The translations under genes were made by a program, and so were the position numbers. DNA of 32,000 nucleotides. Origin: an uncultured Clostridia bacterium. Its GTDB lineage: Bacteria > Bacillota > Clostridia > Christensenellales > CAG-314. The notes beneath the pieces are model-generated. The model saw nothing but the letters and a program-made list of their open reading frames with translations. It searched no databases and was not told the DNA's origin. The DNA lies in the NCBI GenBank assembly GCA_934294965.1, contig CAKRAM010000075.1:1-32000 (forward strand), in the 5' to 3' direction. Positions 10,039 through 16,562 of this stretch are shown here, piece by piece; position 1 is the stretch's first letter; each line of letters starts with the position of its first letter.

Positions 10039-10662
10039 ATGAAGATAATTTTTCTGGGCGCGCCGGGCAGCGGCAAAGGCACCATGGCGCAAAAGCTCAC
10101 AAATGATCTATCTATTCCGCACATCTCAACAGGGGATATCTTCCGCAAGCATTTGAAGGAAGGTACTCCCTTGGGATTGCAAATCAAGGACATTCTCGCT
10201 ACCGGACAACTCGTTCCGGACGAAGTTACGGTGGAGATTGTCAAAGACAGATTGTCTAAAGACGACTGCGCAAACGGTTACATATTGGACGGATTCCCTC
10301 GCTCTTTGGCTCAGGCAAAAGCGTTGGATGCGTTCGATGACGTAGATTACGCAGTAAACCTTTCGGTCGATTACGACACGGTTATAAAGCGTCTCTCCGG
10401 TAGACGTTTTTGCCCCGATTGCAACGGCACGTTCCATATTTCCGCTTTGGAAGACGAACACTCGTGTCCTAACTGCGGCGGCAAACTCGTTGTCCGAGAC
10501 GACGACCGCGAAGAAACCGTTCGCGAAAGGTTGAACGTCTACGACGAAACGACTTCCCCGCTGGTCGATTACTACGACAAGCAAGGAAAACTTATCACTG
10601 TGGACGGAAACGGTTCCGTCGATTCCGTCTACGGCAACATACTCGCCGTTTTGAAAAAATGA
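10039..10662 (+). CDS. adk: Adenylate kinase (zinc-LID form)
   Basis: 207 aa with the P-loop GAPGSGKGT, GYILDGFPR, and a LID carrying CPDC...CPNC. Confidence 0.97.
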   Translation: MKIIFLGAPGSGKGTMAQKLTNDLSIPHISTGDIFRKHLKEGTPLGLQIKDILATGQLVPDEVTVEIVKDRLSKDDCANGYILDGFPRSLAQAKALDAFDDVDYAVNLSVDYDTVIKRLSGRRFCPDCNGTFHISALEDEHSCPNCGGKLVVRDDDREETVRERLNVYDETTSPLVDYYDKQGKLITVDGNGSVDSVYGNILAVLKK

Positions 10663-11408
10663 TTCTTATCAAGTCAAATTCGCAAATAGCGGAGATGCGC
10701 AAAGCCAACCTCATTGTGAGAGATACCCTCAATATGCTCATCGAGCATACCAAACCGGGTGTTTCCACGTGGGAGCTGGACAAACTTGCGCACGATTATA
10801 TCAAATCTCATAATGCCGTTCCCAGCTTTTTGAACTACAACGGCTTTCCGGCAAGCATTTGCGTGTCCGTGGATTGCGAAGTCGTGCACGGGATCCCTTC
10901 CAAACACAAGATTTTGCAAGAAGGTCAAATCGTCAGTTACGACTGCGGTGCGATTTTCAACGGGTGGCACGGCGATGCGGCAAGAACGGTCGGCGTGGGA
11001 TTCATTTCCCCCGAAGTTCAACAGTTGATAGACGTCACCGAACAGTGCTTCTTTTTGGGAGCAAACAGCATAGTTCCCAATCATACAAGGCTTGGCGACT
11101 TGGGCAGTACCATTCAGGCGCACGCCGAAAGTTACGGCTACGGTGTGGTGCGGGAATTGGTCGGACACGGAATCGGCCGCCAAATGCACGAAGATCCCAA
11201 CGTTCCCAACTACGGAACACCGGGACACGGAATGAGGCTTTCGGTCGGCATGACAATCGCCATCGAACCGATGATTGCTCTCGGAACGGAAAAAGTCGAT
11301 TGGATGAACGACGGCTGGACGGTAAAAACAAGGGACAGAAAGCCGGCGGCACACTACGAAAACACAATTGCAATAACCGATAACGGTATCGAAATACTCA
11401 GTTTGTAG
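10659..11408 (+). CDS. map: Methionine aminopeptidase, type I
   Basis: 249 aa with DCGAIFNGWHGDAARTV, VGHGIGRQMHEDP, IAIEPM and HYENTIAIT. The start overlaps the adk stop (ATGA). Confidence 0.96.
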   Translation: MILIKSNSQIAEMRKANLIVRDTLNMLIEHTKPGVSTWELDKLAHDYIKSHNAVPSFLNYNGFPASICVSVDCEVVHGIPSKHKILQEGQIVSYDCGAIFNGWHGDAARTVGVGFISPEVQQLIDVTEQCFFLGANSIVPNHTRLGDLGSTIQAHAESYGYGVVRELVGHGIGRQMHEDPNVPNYGTPGHGMRLSVGMTIAIEPMIALGTEKVDWMNDGWTVKTRDRKPAAHYENTIAITDNGIEILSL

Positions 11409-11414
11409 GTGTGT

Positions 11415-11690
11415 ATGAACGAATATGACATAAAAGTGGGCAGTATTGTTTTGTCCACGCAAGGTAGAGATAAAGGAAACTACTTTGTTGTCGTAAACAC
11501 GGAAGGCGATCGCGTTTACATTGCGGACGGCGGCTCCAGAAAGCTTGCCTCTCCCAAAAAGAAAAACGTAAAGCACGTTTCCCGCAGCGGCGTGGTTTTG
11601 GAAACCATTGCCAAAAAGTTGGAACAAGGTCAAAAAGTGTTCGATAGCGAAGTTAAAAGTGCTTTGAGACAGTTTATCGAAAATAATTAG
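11415..11690 (+). CDS. Small KOW-like domain protein of unknown function
   Basis: 91 aa. VGSIVLSTQGRDKGNYFVVV resembles a KOW-type motif. The ORF sits in the map-infA gap. ATG 11415 is preferred over the GTG at 11409. Confidence 0.7.
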   Translation: MNEYDIKVGSIVLSTQGRDKGNYFVVVNTEGDRVYIADGGSRKLASPKKKNVKHVSRSGVVLETIAKKLEQGQKVFDSEVKSALRQFIENN

Positions 11691-11699
11691 GAGAATCAC

Positions 11700-11930
11700 A
11701 TGTCAAAAGACGATGTAATCGAAGTTGAAGGCGTAGTTGTGGAAGCATTGCGAAACGCCGAGTTCCGCGTAAAGCTTTCCAACGGGCACGAAATCACTGC
11801 TTACGTTTCCGGAAAATTGAGAATTCACTCAATTAGAATTCTTCCCGGAGATGCCGTTAAGTTGGAAATGAGCCCCTACGACCTTACCAAGGGAAGAATA
11901 GTTTGGCGTTCCAAAGGCGTTCAACAATAA
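11700..11930 (+). CDS. infA: Translation initiation factor IF-1
   Basis: 76 aa with [39 protein letters not shown] and an S1-like fold signature. Confidence 0.96.
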   Translation: MSKDDVIEVEGVVVEALRNAEFRVKLSNGHEITAYVSGKLRIHSIRILPGDAVKLEMSPYDLTKGRIVWRSKGVQQ

Positions 11931-11983
11931 CGTACAACATCACAATTTTTTGCGGGGCATATGCCCGTGTCAAGGAGGACAAA

Positions 11984-12100
11984 ATGAAAGTAAAACCGTC
12001 AGTAAAGCCTATGTGCGACAAGTGCAAGGTAATCAAACGCAACGGCAAAGTTATGGTTATTTGTTCCAAATATCCAAAGCATAAGCAAAGACAAGGCTAA
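11984..12100 (+). CDS. rpmJ: 50S ribosomal protein L36 (bL36), zinc-binding form
   Basis: 38 aa: [45 protein letters not shown] at 11972-11978. The longer track ORF starting at 11903 is an artefact of the upstream frame. Confidence 0.95.
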   Translation: MKVKPSVKPMCDKCKVIKRNGKVMVICSKYPKHKQRQG

Positions 12101-12226
12101 CAGCCCTCGGAGCATCGTCGCCCGATGCGGCAAACGCTCGAATATGTGCGGGCGGTTGCGGCATGCGGTCGGCGAAAACTCAGGATACAATCGCCAAAGC
12201 GCGGTCAAACATCATTCCACTAGGCT

Positions 12227-12266
12227 TTGACTGTGAACTTGGGCGTAAAAATATATATCGTATAAA
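12227..12266 (+). promoter_or_regulatory. Candidate internal promoter for rpsM-rpsK-rpsD-rpoA-rplQ
   Basis: TTGACT (12227-12232) is followed 17-19 nt later by an AT-rich AATATATAT block. An alternative reading is TTGGGC-16-TATAAA (12239-12266). The -10 element is ambiguous. Confidence 0.35.
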
Positions 12267-12288
12267 ATTCATTTAAGGAGAAAATCAA

Positions 12289-12666
12289 ATGGCTCGTATT
12301 TCCGGTGTAGATTTACCCAGAGAAAAACGTATCGAAATCGGCTTGACCTACATTTACGGAATCGGACGTACCACTGCTAAGCAAATTCTTGCTCAAACAG
12401 GCGTAAATCCCGATACTCGCGTTAAAGATTTAACAGAAGACGACGTATCCAAGATCCGTGAATGTATCGAAAAGAATATGCACGTCGAAGGCGACCTTCG
12501 TCGTGAAGTTTCGTTGAATATAAAAAGACAAATAGAAATCGGCTCCTATCGTGGAATTCGTCACAGAAAGGGCTTGCCCGTAAGAGGACAATCCACGAAG
12601 CAAAATGCCCGCACAAGAAAAGGTCCCAAACGTACCGTTTCTCGCGGAAAGAAAGCCGCAAAGTAG
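12289..12666 (+). CDS. rpsM: 30S ribosomal protein S13 (uS13)
   Basis: 125 aa starting [26 protein letters not shown], with an AAGGAG RBS. Confidence 0.97.
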   Translation: MARISGVDLPREKRIEIGLTYIYGIGRTTAKQILAQTGVNPDTRVKDLTEDDVSKIRECIEKNMHVEGDLRREVSLNIKRQIEIGSYRGIRHRKGLPVRGQSTKQNARTRKGPKRTVSRGKKAAK

Positions 12667-12681
12667 TAGGAGGATAGCGTA

Positions 12682-13071
12682 ATGGCTCAAAAGAAAGTCG
12701 TAAAAAAGAGACGCGACATAAGAAAAGTCGAAAAAGGACAAGTTCATATTCAAGCATCCTTCAACAACACAATCGTAACGTTCACCGATATGAACGGTAA
12801 CGCTCTTGCTTGGAGCAGCGCCGGTAGCCTCGGCTTCCGCGGATCCCGCAAAAGCACCGCATTCGCCGCTCAACAAGCAGCCGAAGTTGCAGCCAAAAGC
12901 GCAAAAGAATACGGCATTCGTTCTGTAGAAGTCTACGTAAAAGGCCCGGGACAAGGTCGTGAATCCGCAATTCGCGCTCTTCAAACCGCCGAAATCGAAG
13001 TTACGCTTATCCGCGACGTATCTCCCATTGCTCACAATGGTTGCCGTCCTCCCAAGCGTAGAAGAGTTTAG
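12682..13071 (+). CDS. rpsK: 30S ribosomal protein S11 (uS11)
   Basis: 129 aa with [38 protein letters not shown] and ...[12 protein letters not shown]. Confidence 0.97.
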   Translation: MAQKKVVKKRRDIRKVEKGQVHIQASFNNTIVTFTDMNGNALAWSSAGSLGFRGSRKSTAFAAQQAAEVAAKSAKEYGIRSVEVYVKGPGQGRESAIRALQTAEIEVTLIRDVSPIAHNGCRPPKRRRV

Positions 13072-13088
13072 TTAAAGGAGATATCGAA

Positions 13089-13715
13089 ATGGCTAGATAT
13101 ACAAGCGCAGACTGCCGTCAATGCAGACGCGAAAAATGCAAATTGTTCCTCAAGGGAGAAAGATGCTATTCCGAAAAGTGCGCGCTCACAAAACGCGGCA
13201 AGATCCCCGGAGTTCACGCCGATTCTCGTAAAAAGGTTACCGAATACGGCTTGCAACTTCGCGAAAAGCAAAAGACCAAGAGAATTTACGGTTTGCAAGA
13301 AAAGCAATTCCACAAGTATTACGAAGAAGCCGAACGCCGTCAAGGCGTAACCGGTGCCAACATGCTTATTTTGTTGGAACAAAGATTGGATAACGTTGTT
13401 TATCGTATGGGCATCGGCGTATCCCGCAGTCAAGCTCGTCAGTTCGTTAACCACGGTCTTATAACCGTTAACGGCAAACGTGTAACAATCCCCAGTTATC
13501 AAATCAAAGTCGGCGACGTTGTTTCCGTCAAGGAAAACAAAAAGGAACAAGCTCACTTCGTTGAACTTAAACAATCCAAAAAGCCGGCTAACCTCCCCAA
13601 ATGGTTGGACTTCGAACCCGCTGAACTTACGGGAAAAGTTTTGGCAAAACCGACGAGAGAAGATATCGACATGACCATTGCCGAACACATGATCGTCGAA
13701 TTGTACTCCAAGTAA
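13089..13715 (+). CDS. rpsD: 30S ribosomal protein S4 (uS4), Cys-cluster N-terminus
   Basis: 208 aa with N-terminal CRQCRREKCKLFLKGERCYSEKC and the S4 RNA-binding region RLDNVVYRMGIGVSRSQARQFVNHG. Confidence 0.97.
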   Translation: MARYTSADCRQCRREKCKLFLKGERCYSEKCALTKRGKIPGVHADSRKKVTEYGLQLREKQKTKRIYGLQEKQFHKYYEEAERRQGVTGANMLILLEQRLDNVVYRMGIGVSRSQARQFVNHGLITVNGKRVTIPSYQIKVGDVVSVKENKKEQAHFVELKQSKKPANLPKWLDFEPAELTGKVLAKPTREDIDMTIAEHMIVELYSK

Positions 13716-13831
13716 TAGGCTTAAAACGAGTTGTCGCCATTGCCGACGCCTAGTCGGCAACTGTCGGCGGCTATCGCGAAAGTTTGCCGCGCAAGTTCAA
13801 ACAAAATTTAATTAAAGGAGATTGTTGTCCA

Positions 13832-14803
13832 ATGATGGAAATAGAAAAACCGGTAATGACAGTTGAAGAAAGCGGTCAAAACGCCAGCATTATCAAAATC
13901 GTTGCAGAACCATTGGAAAGAGGGTACGGTATAACTCTCGGTAATGCATTGAGACGTGTCTTGCTTGCTGCTTTGCCCGGTGTGGCAGTTGTGGGCCTCA
14001 AAATAGACGGCGTTCAACATGAATTTTCAACTATTCCCGGTGTCAAAGAGGACGTTACAGACATCATCCTGAACATCAAACGTTTGGCTTTGAAGTCGGA
14101 TAATGAAGACAATGACTTCAGAAAGACAATAACCATAAATAAGGTCGGCCCGTGCGAAGTACACGCCGGCGACATTATCACGGACAGTGAGGTGGAAATT
14201 CTTAATCCGGATTTGTATATTTGCACTCTGGAAGAAGGCTATTCGCTCAACTGCGAACTCTACGTAGGTCGCGGCTGCGGATATAATTCCATCGAAAAGA
14301 ACAAAGAACGCAACAAAGAGCTGAAACTCAATTATCCCATCGGTTTCATCCCCATCGACTCTATCTTCGGGCCGGTTAAAAAGGCAAGTTACAACGTGGA
14401 AAGTGCGCGCGTCGGTCAGGACATCACTCGCGACAAGCTTATCCTCGAAGTTGAAACAAACGGTGCCTTTTCGGGACGCGAAATCGTTTCTCTCGCGGCA
14501 AAGATTATCGAAGACCACATCAAAATGTTCGTCGATTTGTCCGAGAACTTCAACCGTGACATTTTGATTCCTCGCGAAAGCGACAATCACAAAAAGGTGC
14601 TGGAAATGAACATCGACGACATGGATTTGTCCGTCCGTTCCTACAACTGCTTGAAGCGCGCCGGCATCCAAACGGTGGAAGATTTGACTCGTCGTACCGA
14701 AGACGATATGCTCAAAGTTCGCAACTTGGGCAGAAAGTCCTTGGACGAAGTAATTGCAAAGCTCGAAAGTTACGGTCTGTCTTTGAAAAATAAGGATGAA
14801 TAG
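13832..14803 (+). CDS. rpoA: DNA-directed RNA polymerase subunit alpha
   Basis: 323 aa counted from ATG 13832, with AAAGGAG at 13814-13820. N-terminal domain: GYGITLGNALRRVLL. C-terminal domain: DLSVRSYNCLKRAGIQTVEDL. Confidence 0.96.
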   Translation: MMEIEKPVMTVEESGQNASIIKIVAEPLERGYGITLGNALRRVLLAALPGVAVVGLKIDGVQHEFSTIPGVKEDVTDIILNIKRLALKSDNEDNDFRKTITINKVGPCEVHAGDIITDSEVEILNPDLYICTLEEGYSLNCELYVGRGCGYNSIEKNKERNKELKLNYPIGFIPIDSIFGPVKKASYNVESARVGQDITRDKLILEVETNGAFSGREIVSLAAKIIEDHIKMFVDLSENFNRDILIPRESDNHKKVLEMNIDDMDLSVRSYNCLKRAGIQTVEDLTRRTEDDMLKVRNLGRKSLDEVIAKLESYGLSLKNKDE

Positions 14804-14815
14804 GAGAATTGCACA

Positions 14816-15325
14816 ATGGCATCACATAGAAAATTAGGAAAAGCAACCGACATCAGAATGGCTCTGCTTAAAAACCAAGTTTCCCAACTTTTGTGGAACG
14901 GCAAGTTGGAAACGACTGCGGCTCGCGCCAAGGAAGTTCAAAAACTTGCCGAAAAGTACATCACGTTGGCAGTAAACACCTACAAAGACGTTATCGAAGT
15001 GGAAAAGACCAAGATCGTGAACGGAAAGGAAACAACCGTAAAAGTTGTTAACGACGGCGCAAACAAACTTGCTGCAAGACGTCAAATCATGGCAGGCGTT
15101 GCCGACCTCAAAGAAGCACGTCTTCCCAAGGAAAAGGGAACGGAATACCGTCTTCGTACCAAGAAGGTTAAGCACCCCGTAATCGAAAAGATTTTCAACG
15201 TGTATGCTCCCAAATTTGACAAGCAAGCGCAAGAAAGCGGTCAAAAGGGTGGCTACACGGCTATCTACAAGATGAATCCTCGTCGCGGTGACGCAGCCGA
15301 AATGGCTCTTATCGTTATCCTGTAG
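14816..15325 (+). CDS. rplQ: 50S ribosomal protein L17 (bL17) with internal insertions
   Basis: 169 aa with HRKLGKATDIRMALLKNQVSQLLWNGKLETTAARAKEVQKLAEKYITLA and GGYTAIYKMNPRRGDAAEMALIVIL. Confidence 0.94.
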   Translation: MASHRKLGKATDIRMALLKNQVSQLLWNGKLETTAARAKEVQKLAEKYITLAVNTYKDVIEVEKTKIVNGKETTVKVVNDGANKLAARRQIMAGVADLKEARLPKEKGTEYRLRTKKVKHPVIEKIFNVYAPKFDKQAQESGQKGGYTAIYKMNPRRGDAAEMALIVIL

Positions 15326-15342
15326 GAAACACACGCAAAGCA

Positions 15343-15380
15343 AAACGGCAACGTCCACGCGATATTGCCGTTTTTCTTTA
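15343..15380 (+). terminator. Probable intrinsic terminator ending the ribosomal cluster
   Basis: AAACGGCAA (15343-15351) pairs with TTGCCGTTT (15365-15373) and is followed by TTCTTT. The 13-nt loop is long, so confidence is moderate. Confidence 0.55.
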
Positions 15381-15424
15381 CCTCGGCAAAGTTTTTTGCC
15401 GTTGCTACAAAAATCGAGTGCGTT

Positions 15425-15964
15425 ATGAGTAAACAAAGTTTATCGTTCAAAAAAGTTACGCCGAGCGCTGCCGAATTCGACATTGCTCTGGATATTTTGC
15501 AGGCAAGTTTCCCGCCGATTGAAACGCGTTCTCGTTCGGAGCAAATTGCCGTGGCAAAACATCCGGACTACAACCTTTGCCTTGTTTTGGACGGGGCAAC
15601 ACCGGTGGGCGTTGTTGGATATTGGCAAATGCCGCAGATGCTGTACTTGGAAAATTTTTGCGTCGCGCCCGAACTGCGGAACGGCGGCTACGGTGGTGCA
15701 ATCGTAAGCATGCTTGCAAACCTTGCCTGCGGCAATCCGTTCGTTTTGGAGGCGGAACTGCCCACGGACGACCTTGCGCGCCGTCGCATCGGGTTCTACA
15801 AGCGCAACGGCATGGTGGAAAACGCGTATCCGCACATTCAGGCGCATTTGCGCACGGGCGATCCGGATTTGTCGCTTTTGGTACTTTCCTACAAGCAGCC
15901 ACTTTCGGAAAACGAATATGCGGAATTTAGAAAATACTTGAACGATAACGTGGATATTCGTTAG
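15425..15964 (+). CDS. GNAT-family N-acetyltransferase
   Basis: 179 aa counted from ATG 15425. An acetyl-CoA motif-A-like region is present: LENFCVAPELRNGGYGGAIV ... RIGFYKRNGM. Confidence 0.8.
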   Translation: MSKQSLSFKKVTPSAAEFDIALDILQASFPPIETRSRSEQIAVAKHPDYNLCLVLDGATPVGVVGYWQMPQMLYLENFCVAPELRNGGYGGAIVSMLANLACGNPFVLEAELPTDDLARRRIGFYKRNGMVENAYPHIQAHLRTGDPDLSLLVLSYKQPLSENEYAEFRKYLNDNVDIR

Positions 15965-16043
15965 GTTTTCTTCAAAATTTTGCTCGTAAAGTCGCTTTAC
16001 ACAAAATTTACAATTTGCAAACACAATCATTTCCCTAAAAACG

Positions 16044-16072
16044 TTGACTTTGCTTTGTGATTGGCATACAAT
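16044..16072 (+). promoter_or_regulatory. Sigma-A/sigma-70-type promoter driving the riboswitch operon
   Basis: TTGACT (16044-16049), a 17-nt spacer, then TACAAT (16067-16072), directly upstream of the riboswitch. Confidence 0.7.
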
Positions 16073-16260
16073 TGTGGCACAAAGGTGAAACGGTTGCCCG
16101 CACGGGCATTAAAAGGGAACGCGGTGAGAATCCGCGATTCAGCTCACTCTACTGTATTTGGCTAATTATACGGTGCTACTTGTCACTGACGTACGTTGGG
16201 AAGGCATGCCGTATGGTGTCGGACGCCATAAGTCAGGAGACCTGCCGAATTGCCTCGAAA
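16073..16260 (+). promoter_or_regulatory. Cobalamin (B12) riboswitch aptamer
   Basis: The conserved core blocks occur in the expected order: AAAAGGGAAcGCGGTGAGAATCCgC, ACTGTA, CACTG...GGGAAGG, and the B12 box AGTCAGGAGACCTGCC at 16231-16246. The boundaries are approximate. Confidence 0.85.
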
Positions 16261-16358
16261 GTATAGGCTTTTCGGTGAGGCGAGGTTTATGCGACGGATA
16301 CTTTATTATGCTCGGCTTTTGTCGAGAATTTTGTGCAGTCCGTCCGATATTGACTTTT

Positions 16359-16387
16359 ACAACCGCCGAAAAGGGCGGTTGTTTTTT
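16359..16387 (+). terminator. Intrinsic terminator, likely riboswitch expression platform
   Basis: ACAACCGCC (16359-16367) pairs perfectly with GGCGGTTGT (16374-16382), with a 6-nt loop, followed by TTTTT (16383-16387). Confidence 0.8.
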
Positions 16388-16562
16388 ATGCTCGGGTAGT
16401 TGTGTCCTCCCCGGGCATGTCGAATGCGTGAACGCGCCGATTATCGTCTCCGATTGGCGCTACAAAGCTTTGCGATTGACTTTGCGCGCAAAAACTCAGC
16501 CGATTTTGCCTATACTTTTTGCGATAATAAGCCGTAACAGGCAAAAAATATAGGAGTAAACA

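Noticed and set aside
10674-11699. 341-aa minus-strand ORF opposite map and the KOW gene
   Set aside because: It is antisense to a clear methionine aminopeptidase gene, with no supporting signals.
13784-13831. Longer upstream in-frame starts offered by the ORF track (13784 for rpoA; likewise 22089, 24570, 15365 and 11903 for other genes)
   Set aside because: In each case a downstream ATG has a properly spaced Shine-Dalgarno sequence and yields the canonical N-terminus or a proper signal peptide. The upstream extensions overlap terminators or preceding genes.
15440-16030. Several overlapping ORFs in other frames and on the other strand across the GNAT gene (e.g. 196 aa minus, 148 aa minus, 117 aa plus)
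   Set aside because: They are Arg/Cys/Pro-rich translations typical of off-frame reading of a GC-richer gene. Only the GNAT frame shows a known fold signature.
16158-16553. 131-aa plus-strand ORF spanning the riboswitch, its terminator and the leader
   Set aside because: It overlaps a recognisable cobalamin riboswitch and an intrinsic terminator. It has no RBS and no protein-like features.
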